DNA of 56,973 nucleotides, from IMG/VR virus record IMGVR_UViG_3300026546_000005, positions 1 through 56,973 of that record; one strand, given 5' to 3'. Below the pieces are notes generated by a model. The model did not search any database and had not been told where the DNA came from. It worked only from the letters and a program-made list of their open reading frames with translations. Below are positions 47,463 through 56,973 of this stretch, one piece after another (position 1 is the first letter of the stretch; each line of letters begins with the position of its first letter). This DNA comes from a virus (lineage: Duplodnaviria > Caudoviricetes). A program made the position numbers and the translations under genes.

Positions 47463-47494
47463 AAGCGGATAATTGCTAGCATTATCCGCTTTTT
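47463..47494 (+). terminator. Intrinsic terminator
   Basis: AAGCGGATAAT/ATTATCCGCTT plus T tract. Confidence 0.75.
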
Positions 47495-47540
47495 ATTTAA
47501 ACATATTTAAGTATATTTTTTATAATAAAAAACACAACAT

Positions 47541-48500
47541 ATGAGTTCATATATACCAAAATCAATTACATATATTTATGGACATAGTAAGTTAACAATG
47601 TATGATACTAAAGCATTAAATGATTTTAATTTTGTTATAAGTGCAAATTACGCTGAAGCATCTGATTCATTAAATATTAATTCATTAACAAAAATAAAAG
47701 ATTATTTTAATGCAGTTGATGGTAAATATTATGAATTTACAACTGATAATAAACCATTTACTGAATTATACATCACAAATAGTATTTATTTTAATAATAA
47801 TATTGATGTAATTATTCTTGGACGTTTTGTAATTGGAACAAATATTAATTTTATTACAGATATAATCAAAAATTGTAATATTCGTAAGGGCACGGTTTAT
47901 GGTTCTGAATTTATATGGGTTGTTTATAATTCAAATATAAAATTAGTTAGAGTTGGATCTGAAATTTATAATGAAGTAATTAAAAAACAAAACTTATATA
48001 CTAAAAAAAATAAAGTTTCAAGTAAAAATTTAAAAATTGGTCATTTTTATAGTAATAGTAGAGGTTTATATTTATATTGTGGTAAAATAAATACAGCAAA
48101 TATTACAGTATTTAAGTATTCATTATTTAATACAATTAGAGATGATATAACATATATAAATAAGTGTACAAAAATAACAACATCTAGGTTATGGTTAAAA
48201 GTTAATGATAATTTAGATTATATTTATAAAAATGGAGTAATAAAATTTATACATGAAAAATGTTTAACGTGTAATGTTGAAATTGTAAATAATAAAATTG
48301 CATATGATCCTAAATATAAACCTATTAAAATTCCAAATAATATTGTAGATATTATTAGAGAAGAATTTATTGAAATATATGAAAATTCTGATGCATTATT
48401 AAATCATGCAAATTATGTAGATTTAAAATATGTTGTAATGGTTAAATATCCTGAAAAAATTAAATTAGATGAAATACTTAGATCAATTTGGAACTTATAA
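47541..48500 (+). CDS. Hypothetical protein
   Basis: 319-aa ORF. Confidence 0.65.
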   Translation: MSSYIPKSITYIYGHSKLTMYDTKALNDFNFVISANYAEASDSLNINSLTKIKDYFNAVDGKYYEFTTDNKPFTELYITNSIYFNNNIDVIILGRFVIGTNINFITDIIKNCNIRKGTVYGSEFIWVVYNSNIKLVRVGSEIYNEVIKKQNLYTKKNKVSSKNLKIGHFYSNSRGLYLYCGKINTANITVFKYSLFNTIRDDITYINKCTKITTSRLWLKVNDNLDYIYKNGVIKFIHEKCLTCNVEIVNNKIAYDPKYKPIKIPNNIVDIIREEFIEIYENSDALLNHANYVDLKYVVMVKYPEKIKLDEILRSIWNL

Positions 48501-48547
48501 CTTATTATTTTTTTATTAAAATATATAAACAAATGTATTTTTAATAA

Positions 48548-49012
48548 ATGACAGACATTTTTGATGAATATCCAGAATATACATTGGATGATATAGATAA
48601 AAAAATTGACACTTTAGAAGAATTAATTAGTGATTTTTCAGAATATATTGAATCTTCTAAAGATGCATTAGATGATATTGAAAATGAATTAATAAATTTA
48701 AACAATAATATTGAAGAAAAAGAAAATAAAATAAACAATTTAATTGATGATTTAAAATCAATTGAAAAAGAAATTAATTTAATAGAACATATATTATCAT
48801 TAAATGCATCGTCAGAAAATATCAACGATAAACAAATAGAATTAAACACATTATATAATGAAAAGGAATATTATAATAATGAATTAACAACATTGTTAAA
48901 AAATAAAAATCGATTAGATATAACAAAAAAGAAGCTAATTCAATCAGCTTCTAATTTATTAAGATCTTTAGATATTAAATTAAATCATATACGCAATTAT
49001 AAATTATATTAA
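48548..49012 (+). CDS. Coiled-coil hypothetical protein
   Basis: Heptad-rich, acidic. Confidence 0.6.
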   Translation: MTDIFDEYPEYTLDDIDKKIDTLEELISDFSEYIESSKDALDDIENELINLNNNIEEKENKINNLIDDLKSIEKEINLIEHILSLNASSENINDKQIELNTLYNEKEYYNNELTTLLKNKNRLDITKKKLIQSASNLLRSLDIKLNHIRNYKLY

Positions 49013-49371
49013 TCAAATTTTAATAAAAATAATACTTTAGTCCCAGATTCACTCATATCATCAAGTATATTTAGTACAGCAGAACATTTAAATTGTGTAT
49101 GCAATTCTTCTAAATATCCTAAATATTGTTTAAACGCAGCTCTAACTAATTCAATATCATAATTAGCAAATTCTGGTATTTCTATTTCTTCAGCATTTAT
49201 TTGCATATTATTTGCAAGAAGTGCTTCAACTAATCTATCTAATTCATCAATTAATCCTTCATAAAAATCTCCTAATACAACATGTATATTATGTTTTCTA
49301 GTTTGCCAATGCCAAATATGAACTTGATCTCTAAAATGAAAAACGTTTAATATTAATTCATTAATATCCAT
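49009..49371 (-). CDS. Ferritin/Dps-like protein (DUF5856-type)
   Basis: HIWHWQT...H..LG.FYE.L....D.LVE. Confidence 0.7.
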   Translation of the reverse strand: MDINELILNVFHFRDQVHIWHWQTRKHNIHVVLGDFYEGLIDELDRLVEALLANNMQINAEEIEIPEFANYDIELVRAAFKQYLGYLEELHTQFKCSAVLNILDDMSESGTKVLFLLKFD

Positions 49372-49462
49372 ATTAATTATTTTTTTTATTTTATTTAAAT
49401 TATATATTAAAAGTTATTTTATAAAAAAAATATATAAAATAATAAAAATGTATAATATTTAA

Positions 49463-50659
49463 ATGCAACGTAAAATAAACATAACTAAATTTGAACGAAA
49501 TAACTTACCTTTATTCAGAGTTTATAGTGGACAAGGTAGAACTGAAATTAATTTTAATGAAACTGCAGCAAAAATGTTTAAAATTAATTTAGATGATAAA
49601 TTAGCAGTTGATTATGATAAACAAATGTTTACTATATTAAGAAAAAATCAAGAATTAAAAGGTACTACTACGTTTTATTTTAGTAGAGCAGTTAAACCTA
49701 ACACATATTATAGAACACACTCAAAATATAAATTAAAATCGGGTATCTATGAAATAGATACTAATGTTGTTAAAATTTCAAACATAAATTGGGTTAAATT
49801 TAAATGGATAGAACCATTACAAAGTAGAAAAACATTTAAAATTAAAACGCCAGAAAAAAATGTTAGTGGAGCAAAAGAAGTATTTAATTTTGTTGTTAAT
49901 TCTTATAAAACTAAACGTGGTGATAAAAAATATATGATTACATTAAAAGCTGAAGATGGATATAAAATTGGTATGAGTAAAAACAAACGTTTAGTAATTG
50001 ATCCTGATACAAGTTCATTAGCAGTTGCACAACGTCCTGATGATCCAGATAGTGAATTTGTAAAATATAAAAGTTATGTAATTAAAAAACAAGATGATAT
50101 TTTTAAAATAGTAAATATACATGAAAAATCGTTTAATAAAACTGGTATATACACATTAATATATGATAATAATTTTGAAAATAATCAAAAATTCTATAAA
50201 TATTATATTAATAAAGTAGAAACTAAAGAAGAAAATAGTGTAAAAAGAAGTAGAAAAAATAAAGAAGAAATATTACAAGATAGACCAACTGAAAAAGATA
50301 GTTTTAAATATTCTGAAACGCCAATGGTTAAAATGTATATTGCTAAAAATAAAAAACAAAAACAAATGGTTGTTTTATTTAATTATGAATTAGCAAAAAG
50401 AATTGGTATTAAAGATGATCATTATATAAGATTTATTAATTCTAATGTAATAATTCATTCAACTAAAAGAAAACATGAAGGTAGATGGTATAAAATTTCT
50501 AAAGTTAATAATGAATATGAAACAAGAGTGAATTTACAAAAAGTTAAATTAAAAGAAGGAGATTATAAAGCAAAAGTATCTGGTAAAAAAATTACATTAT
50601 CTAAAGCTGTAAAAGAATCATTTACATATTTAAAATCTTTCAATGATTTTAATTCATAA
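49463..50659 (+). CDS. Basic hypothetical protein
   Basis: 398-aa Lys-rich ORF. Confidence 0.65.
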   Translation: MQRKINITKFERNNLPLFRVYSGQGRTEINFNETAAKMFKINLDDKLAVDYDKQMFTILRKNQELKGTTTFYFSRAVKPNTYYRTHSKYKLKSGIYEIDTNVVKISNINWVKFKWIEPLQSRKTFKIKTPEKNVSGAKEVFNFVVNSYKTKRGDKKYMITLKAEDGYKIGMSKNKRLVIDPDTSSLAVAQRPDDPDSEFVKYKSYVIKKQDDIFKIVNIHEKSFNKTGIYTLIYDNNFENNQKFYKYYINKVETKEENSVKRSRKNKEEILQDRPTEKDSFKYSETPMVKMYIAKNKKQKQMVVLFNYELAKRIGIKDDHYIRFINSNVIIHSTKRKHEGRWYKISKVNNEYETRVNLQKVKLKEGDYKAKVSGKKITLSKAVKESFTYLKSFNDFNS

Positions 50660-50718
50660 TTAATTTTTATAATTAGTTTTATTTTATTATATTTGTATTT
50701 ATACAAAACTTAATAATC

Positions 50719-51165
50719 ATGTGGGATAAATACGGAAATAACCAAGATTTATATGCTGTTATGACAAAATATCTGTCATACGACAAAAATGACGAAATAA
50801 TTATTGATTCATATTTAATCGACGTAATTGAAAAATTAATCACAGAAAGAGAAGAAACTAATATTAATTCCAGAGAAAAATCATATGATGAATATATTTC
50901 TAGATTAAAACTTCAAATAGAAGAAATGAAAAAAACTGTTGCTGAAGCAAATGCAGAAAAAGAAAAAATGAAAAGAAAACTTCAAATATTTTTAAAAGTT
51001 GCTGCAAAAACAGGTATGATATCTAAACTAAAAGAAGAAACTGAAAAAGTAATACAAGAAGAAAAAGATTATAAAACTCTTAATGTATTTTTTAGAAATA
51101 AAATAACATCTCTTGATAATTACGAAAAAGATATATCAGAATTAGATAAATTATTTGATAAATAA
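50719..51165 (+). CDS. Hypothetical coiled-coil protein
   Basis: ORF with TATATTTG at 50688-50695. Confidence 0.6.
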   Translation: MWDKYGNNQDLYAVMTKYLSYDKNDEIIIDSYLIDVIEKLITEREETNINSREKSYDEYISRLKLQIEEMKKTVAEANAEKEKMKRKLQIFLKVAAKTGMISKLKEETEKVIQEEKDYKTLNVFFRNKITSLDNYEKDISELDKLFDK

Positions 51166-51180
51166 AAATATTAAAAATAA

Positions 51181-51209
51181 AAAAAGCTTGTTAATTAACA
51201 AGCTTTTTT
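51181..51209. terminator. Bidirectional terminator
   Basis: AAAAAGCTTGTT/AACAAGCTTTTT between convergent genes. Confidence 0.7.
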
Positions 51210-52582
51210 ATTTCATTATTATTAATCATATATTCAAATAAAATTTCCTTTTTATTTTCTAATTCGCCATTAATTACTTTATCATAAATAATCTTTTTTA
51301 TATCTCCTACAACTTTAGAAGGTTTTAAATTATAATAATTCATTATATCATCACCAGTTAATTCAATTCTAAAATTACGCAAATCATCTTCTTCACGAAC
51401 TTTTTGAATATGATCATATAATTTATTAAGATCTTTTATCATTTTATCTTTTTTGTCTTGATATTTAGTTGTCATATCACAACTAGCAAATAATAATAAA
51501 TCTTCTAAATTATCACCTAATTCGACGATTAAACGTCTAACAGCTGAATCTGTTACACCTTCTTTTACGAGTTCTTTAGGTCTTCCATGATACTTTATTA
51601 ACAAATAAAGTTTATTAGTAAATTGACGACCAAATTTAATTCTATTAGTAACATGTTTTAATAAATACGCTCCAACTTTTTCATGGTTGTGAAAAGTCCA
51701 ACCTCGTTGTTTGTCAAATCTTTTTGTTTTATATTTACCAATGTCATGTAATAAAGCAGTCCACAGTAAAACTAAATCATCAGTTTTTTCTCTAGTTTGA
51801 TCTAGTACTTGTAAACTGTGATAATAGTTATTCTTATGTTTTTGTTCTGCAATTTCTTCAACTTCATTAAGTTTAACAACTTCAGGTAATAAATAATCTA
51901 ATATTCCAACCTTTCTCATTAATTCTATTGCAATTGATGGTTTATCTAATAACATTATTTTATTAAGTTCATTAAGTAATCTTGAATTACTAACAACACT
52001 TAATAAATTTATATTATTAATTATACTATTTAATGTATTTTTTTCAATATTTAAATTGTATTTTGCTGCTAATCTAATTGCTCGAATTATACGAATTGAA
52101 TCATCAATAAATGTATCATCTGCTTTTATAGGTGTTTTTAAAATTTTATTATTAATATCATTTAAACCATTAAAATAATCTATAACATTTCCAGTTTTAA
52201 TATCTAATGCTAAAGTGTTAATAGTAAAATCTCTACGTTTAAGATCATCTATTAATTGTATATCGTTTTTAGATTTTTTATATGATTTAACTTTAGCCTT
52301 TACTATTTCAATATTAATATCATTATATTGAAGACTTACTGTTCCATATCGTTTAAAAATATGAACATATTTTTTATCTATGTTCAATTTTTCACAAATA
52401 TTGAACATCAATTTTTCTTCAGAATAATTTAAAACAACAATGTCAATATCTTTAGATTTTTTACCTAATATTAAATCTCTAACATATCCACCAACAATAT
52501 ATGCATCAATATTATTTTGATTACATATACTTTTTATTTCATTTAGTGCGTTACTGTTATTAATAATATTTAAATAATTCAT
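51191..52582 (-). CDS. cca: tRNA nucleotidyltransferase (class II CCA-type) with HD domain
   Basis: VGGYVRD...DID, RRDFTIN, DD.IR.IRA.R, LLHDIGK. Confidence 0.85.
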   Translation of the reverse strand: MNYLNIINNSNALNEIKSICNQNNIDAYIVGGYVRDLILGKKSKDIDIVVLNYSEEKLMFNICEKLNIDKKYVHIFKRYGTVSLQYNDINIEIVKAKVKSYKKSKNDIQLIDDLKRRDFTINTLALDIKTGNVIDYFNGLNDINNKILKTPIKADDTFIDDSIRIIRAIRLAAKYNLNIEKNTLNSIINNINLLSVVSNSRLLNELNKIMLLDKPSIAIELMRKVGILDYLLPEVVKLNEVEEIAEQKHKNNYYHSLQVLDQTREKTDDLVLLWTALLHDIGKYKTKRFDKQRGWTFHNHEKVGAYLLKHVTNRIKFGRQFTNKLYLLIKYHGRPKELVKEGVTDSAVRRLIVELGDNLEDLLLFASCDMTTKYQDKKDKMIKDLNKLYDHIQKVREEDDLRNFRIELTGDDIMNYYNLKPSKVVGDIKKIIYDKVINGELENKKEILFEYMINNNEIKKLVN

Positions 52583-52686
52583 CGTAATTAATTTTAAAAT
52601 ACAAATATAACAAAAAATATATTATAACTACAACTTTATGAATATATTTTTTAAATATATACAATAAGAAAAATATAATAATTGAT

Positions 52687-54075
52687 ATGCCGATCAAAGG
52701 AAAACAAATAGTAGATAACACAATTACACAAAAACAACTTGGTGTCGTAACTGAATCAATTGCACAACCAACTGATGTTACAACAAAAAAATATGTTGAT
52801 AGTACTGTTGATAGTGCTGTTACTGGATTAACATACACAGATATTGATTATAATATATCAGCGACTGATACAACTGGAGAATCACCAGTATTAGCAACAG
52901 ATCATCAAATTAGTAAAATACCAGTTGGTGGTGTTAGAGTATATGTAAATGGTTTAGAAATAAACGTTGGACCGGGTCTTATGTCGTTTTTTGCTCCAGA
53001 AAGTAGTGGAACACCAACTCCTAGAGAGTTCGAAGAAGAACAACAAGGTGATTATTTATGGTGGGATCCATCTATTGCTAAATATCAACTGGAAAGCACT
53101 GATGATATAGATTTTGTATATAGAACATATACTGAAGAATATCCAATAATTTCTAATCCAATTAATATTGCAAATGACGCAAAAAACGTTGACGCTTCTG
53201 CACAAACAGGTATTTCTGAGTCTATTACAATAACAGGCATTGATTCAACAGATTTATCTACTAGTGTAACTGACACAGGATTAATTCAATCTATATTTGT
53301 ATCTAATGTTCAATTAGTAATTAATGGATCTGGTGATATAACATCATTTACATTTGATGTTTCTGAAAATACTAGTTCATCACCAAGAACAAATACAATT
53401 AAAATATATCAAACTTCTAATCCAGATGTATTTGATACTATTGATATTATTCAAGCTGGATCTAATATTACATATTATATCACATTTGATAATGATGAAG
53501 GTGAATATACTAATGGCGCACAAACAGGTTTATCAGAAAGTATATCTTCAAATGTTCCAGCATTAAATGCTACTGCAACTGTAGTTGAAACAAATCCGTT
53601 TGTTAGTGACTTAAATGTTACATCAGGAGCTGATGATACTGTAATAGGAGTGTCGTTTAATATAACTGAAAATACTGGATCTACATATAGAACAAATACA
53701 ATTAAAGTCGAACATGATGAAGATTCATCAATTTATGACACAATAATTATTAAACAATATCCATCTCCATCTATAACAATTGATCCAACAAGTCTCACAT
53801 TAGATTTATTAGATGAGTCATTTACTGTAGATGTTACATCTAATGTACCTTGGACAGCAAGTGTGTCATTTGTATCTGGACAAAATTTTATTACTGGAAT
53901 AAGTCCAAATAATGGCGATGGTGGCAGTAGTACAGTTACAATAACATGTACAGTTGATGATCCACCTGCATCTGGTGAACCTGATAACGTATCAGATATA
54001 AAAATTAATTCAGCTTCACCATTTAGTTCTACAACATATGCAACATGCCGTGTCACTCAACCTGCGTCACATTAA
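52687..54075 (+). CDS. Putative virion protein (IKGKQI family) with BACON-like Ig repeats
   Basis: Family N-terminus; F.V.EN....RT.TI and VTSNVPWT repeats. Confidence 0.6.
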   Translation: MPIKGKQIVDNTITQKQLGVVTESIAQPTDVTTKKYVDSTVDSAVTGLTYTDIDYNISATDTTGESPVLATDHQISKIPVGGVRVYVNGLEINVGPGLMSFFAPESSGTPTPREFEEEQQGDYLWWDPSIAKYQLESTDDIDFVYRTYTEEYPIISNPINIANDAKNVDASAQTGISESITITGIDSTDLSTSVTDTGLIQSIFVSNVQLVINGSGDITSFTFDVSENTSSSPRTNTIKIYQTSNPDVFDTIDIIQAGSNITYYITFDNDEGEYTNGAQTGLSESISSNVPALNATATVVETNPFVSDLNVTSGADDTVIGVSFNITENTGSTYRTNTIKVEHDEDSSIYDTIIIKQYPSPSITIDPTSLTLDLLDESFTVDVTSNVPWTASVSFVSGQNFITGISPNNGDGGSSTVTITCTVDDPPASGEPDNVSDIKINSASPFSSTTYATCRVTQPASH

Positions 54076-54091
54076 TGTATCATATTAATAT

Positions 54092-54130
54092 AAAAAAGAA
54101 ACTACATAAAATTTTATGTAGTTTCTTTTT
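54092..54130 (+). terminator. Intrinsic terminator
   Basis: AAAAAGAAACTACATAAA/TTTATGTAGTTTCTTTTT. Confidence 0.8.
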
Positions 54131-54188
54131 GTTTTATCATATTATAGAAAAATAAAATAATATATAATAAAAATATGTCTTTTTTAAA

Positions 54189-54920
54189 ATGCCTATAAAA
54201 GGAAAACAAATTATAGATAAAACTATTAATCAACAAAAAGTTTTAGTAGAAACTAGTTCGATTGTATATAATGACGATGTAAATAATAAAGAATATTTAT
54301 TTTCTAGATTACAAGATCGTATTAGTGAAATGCATTATTCATTATTAAATGAAAATATGCCCGCATATAACGCATCAAATGGACAAAAAGCAACTAAAGA
54401 TGCAGTTATTGAATTTCCATATTCTGATGTTAGAGTATTTGTAAATGGTGAACAAGTTAATGTTGGTCAAGGAACAAACATGGATTGTTATTTTTCACCT
54501 GATGACGGCGTCACAATTAGAGATGGTGGTAATGCAGAAAAAGGTGATTATTTATATTGGACATCAAATAAATATGATTTGGATTCATCTGATTTAATAG
54601 ATTTTGTTTATGTTGTTGGTTATGTATATTTAGTTAAAGAACCAAATTCTACTGTAACATTAGTTCCTGGATATAATCATGTTGTAGTAGAATATACAGG
54701 TGGAGAAGGAACAACAATGACAGTTACATTAGGAAACTCAAATATAACAGTTGGAAATGTTAGCGGTAATTTTGTTTGGGATATTGGTGGATCACAAGAA
54801 CATACATTTAATGTTAATAATAATAATGAATCTATTATTGTAACATATGATGGAGAAGATTACACGGTCTGGTATGATGGAATAGGAAGTTTATTATATA
54901 GTATAAAATTAAATATATAA
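54189..54920 (+). CDS. Putative virion protein (IKGKQI family), full-length paralog of 12159-12893
   Basis: CYFSPD, KGD.LYW, VGNV.G.F.WDIG shared. Confidence 0.6.
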   Translation: MPIKGKQIIDKTINQQKVLVETSSIVYNDDVNNKEYLFSRLQDRISEMHYSLLNENMPAYNASNGQKATKDAVIEFPYSDVRVFVNGEQVNVGQGTNMDCYFSPDDGVTIRDGGNAEKGDYLYWTSNKYDLDSSDLIDFVYVVGYVYLVKEPNSTVTLVPGYNHVVVEYTGGEGTTMTVTLGNSNITVGNVSGNFVWDIGGSQEHTFNVNNNNESIIVTYDGEDYTVWYDGIGSLLYSIKLNI

Positions 54921-54929
54921 GCTAGACCA

Positions 54930-55353
54930 TAATTATCAACAAATAATGGTAAATTTAAAATGACAATAAATGTTACAAATGCTGATGATTCATTTACAAT
55001 ACACAAGCTAATGAAACAAATAATTTTATTGTTAATTTGAACAAGAATAATTTTGGCATTTTTACATATAACTGTTCATCATTAACTGATATTGGTAATT
55101 TATGTAATTAAGACTTTAGTTCTACGGCTGACACAACAAAATGTGTTTATAAATTATGTAACGTTAATAACATATAAGTCTGTAGATTTATTTTAAAATA
55201 ACTTAAACATTACAAATTATAATTACATTTTTATAGATACAACTAATATAAATAATTATTGTTAAACATCATCTAGTTGAGTAGTGTTGGAAGTTATAGT
55301 CCTAGAACAATACTAGATCAACACACTGGAACAAATGAAACAAAATATGTATA
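54930..55353 (+). pseudogene. Possible decayed BspA/DUF285-like gene
   Basis: Fragments FKMTINVTNADDSFTI and NCSSLTDIGNLCN*DFSS in shifted frames with stops. Confidence 0.35.
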
Positions 55354-55356
55354 ATA

Positions 55357-56973
55357 TTAATTTAAATGGCTGTTTAAATAATTATTAAATAAACTCATCC
55401 ATTCTTTTATAACACTCTGATTATTAAAAAAATCAGAGTGTTTTTTTACATTTAATATATGGTAAATTCTATGTAAAAACAAATGTTTAAAATTATTTTT
55501 AGACGAGCTATTATTGTTATTGCGTTGTATTAAAATCGTTAAGTCATTTGTATAATTGAAATTATATTTTAATCTATGAAATGCATATATTGAATGAATA
55601 TATTTAAAACGTTTTAATATTTTTAAATTAAAAATTTTTTGTATATTCCAAATTAAATAATAAATAATAAATCTAATATAATTAAATATTAACTGAGAAT
55701 AATATTTATACTTATTAACTATTTTATTATTTAATATATTTATCGAATCTCGTGGATCAAGTAAAAATAAAAATTTAATATTTTTATCTTTTTCTTTTAA
55801 TTGTTTTGATAATTCTAAAGCGTATACTGATCCTATTGAATAACCAGCTAAAATTATATCTTTATTATCAATAAGTTCTAATATTTCATTAACTCTAACT
55901 TTACAATAATCTTCTATATTATCGTAAATACTAGGAATTGTTGCATAACTATTATAATGACTATCAATATAATAAAAATCTCCATCATAATTTAAATCTT
56001 TTCTAATTACATTTGGATATCCAGTTGCCCAAAATATAGGTGGTAATTTTTTATCACCTTTAATAATATGTTTAATATATTTAAAATAATGATTAGGACG
56101 TTTATTTAATTCTGTTGCTAAATCATATATTGTTGAATGTTCATAAATTATATTATCAGTTAATGTAACACTTAATTCATTTTCTATTTCATTTGTTATT
56201 AATTGCGCAGTTAAAGAATCACCACCTAATTCATCAAAAAAATTATCAAAGACAGAAATTTCATCAACAGATAGATATGTTTTCCATATATTTAATAATT
56301 TTATTTCTAATTCTGTTAATTCTTTATCTTGTTTTTTAATATTAATTAAATTAGTTATTGTATTTTCTATAAATATTCTATCTATTTTTCCATTTTCTTT
56401 TTGAGGGATTTCATCTAATTTTATACATCTAGCAGGAACCATATAAAATTCTAAATTATTCATTAAATAATGCTTAACTTGTAATTCAGATAAATTTTCA
56501 TTTGATTCATAAAATAAATATAAATTTTTATATTTTTTAGAATACATACAATACGCGTCATCAACAATATTAGATGCAATAGATGCAATATAATCTGGAT
56601 TTACTCTGGCGCCACTTATTTTAACATGCGATTCTGCGCGTCCTTCAAAATACAATTCGTCATTTATTTTTTTAACATAATCATTTGATATAAATGTTTT
56701 AATTCCATTTTCAATTGTTAATACTTTATTTGTTTCTTCTTCGTTGTTAATATATCCATTAAATAAATATTTTGATTTAATTAACAATCTTCCAACATTT
56801 TTGTCATTATTTTGATCATCATGTATTAATTCAATATTAATTTTATTTATAGGTTTACCTAATGAAATAGTTTGTGTGTTAACAATAGAATTATGATTTA
56901 ATACATTATGTAAAATTATGCCTGTTTCTGAACTTGCTAATAATATGTAATATTTTGCATTTGGAAAATATTT
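55357..56973 (-). CDS. NRPS-like adenylation-thiolation-thioesterase protein (5' end outside the window)
   Basis: Frame open to the window end; LASSETG (A5), GRLLIKS.YLF.GY (A6), GR...VKISG.RV (A8), YMVP (A9), NGKIDR (A10), DNFF.LGGDSL (PCP), GYSIG (TE). Confidence 0.88.
   Translation of the reverse strand, partial: KYFPNAKYYILLASSETGIILHNVLNHNSIVNTQTISLGKPINKINIELIHDDQNNDKNVGRLLIKSKYLFNGYINNEEETNKVLTIENGIKTFISNDYVKKINDELYFEGRAESHVKISGARVNPDYIASIASNIVDDAYCMYSKKYKNLYLFYESNENLSELQVKHYLMNNLEFYMVPARCIKLDEIPQKENGKIDRIFIENTITNLINIKKQDKELTELEIKLLNIWKTYLSVDEISVFDNFFDELGGDSLTAQLITNEIENELSVTLTDNIIYEHSTIYDLATELNKRPNHYFKYIKHIIKGDKKLPPIFWATGYPNVIRKDLNYDGDFYYIDSHYNSYATIPSIYDNIEDYCKVRVNEILELIDNKDIILAGYSIGSVYALELSKQLKEKDKNIKFLFLLDPRDSINILNNKIVNKYKYYSQLIFNYIRFIIYYLIWNIQKIFNLKILKRFKYIHSIYAFHRLKYNFNYTNDLTILIQRNNNNSSSKNNFKHLFLHRIYHILNVKKHSDFFNNQSVIKEWMSLFNNYLNSHLN

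Noticed and set aside
47213-47482. 89-aa minus-strand ORF
   Set aside because: Low-complexity Ile/Tyr composition typical of AT-rich noncoding DNA; it starts inside a terminator.
160-54056. Short antisense or nested ORFs in the track (e.g. 160-414, 2652-2894, 21146-21619, 22576-22842, 29048-29308, 33938-34168, 48541-48849, 53733-54056)
   Set aside because: Shadows of well-supported genes on the other strand or frame, with no motifs.
1-56973. Stop-codon reassignment as in some Bacteroidota phages
   Set aside because: Conserved genes are full length under the standard code and no suppressor tRNA is present.

Overview
Very AT-rich segment of a large (jumbo-type, T4-distantly-related, probably contractile-tailed) phage genome. 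The host is most likely Bacteroidota: there are repeated TAnnTTTG promoters, a T9SS-sorted protein, and DUF349-, M42- and Hc1-like genes. Standard genetic code. Gene content: tail fibres, neck, two tail tubes, baseplate chaperones, class II RNR, the N-terminal half of a split family-B DNA polymerase, a DNA-glycosylation locus (T4 Agt-like), MoxR/VWA, Hsp20 and a J protein, a radical SAM enzyme, a CCA-type nucleotidyltransferase, and an NRPS-like A-T-TE protein with a stand-alone TE paralog. Main result: each of the three tRNA operons (Ser-Ser-Val-His; Pro-Phe; Ala-Lys-Ile2-Thr) is preceded by promoter -> 24-26 aa leader ORF -> intrinsic terminator. Each leader carries a run of codons read by the tRNAs of its own operon, and each has mutually exclusive 1:2, 2:3 and 3:4 helices. 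This is the layout of ribosome-mediated attenuators that would switch on phage tRNA genes when those particular tRNAs become limiting. Second result: a Ro60/TROVE gene is followed by four related Y-RNA-like elements, three of them fused to tRNA bodies (Glu, Gln, Cys) in different topologies, two of which are circular permutations of each other. All calls come from reading the sequence by eye; no searches or folding programs were run.
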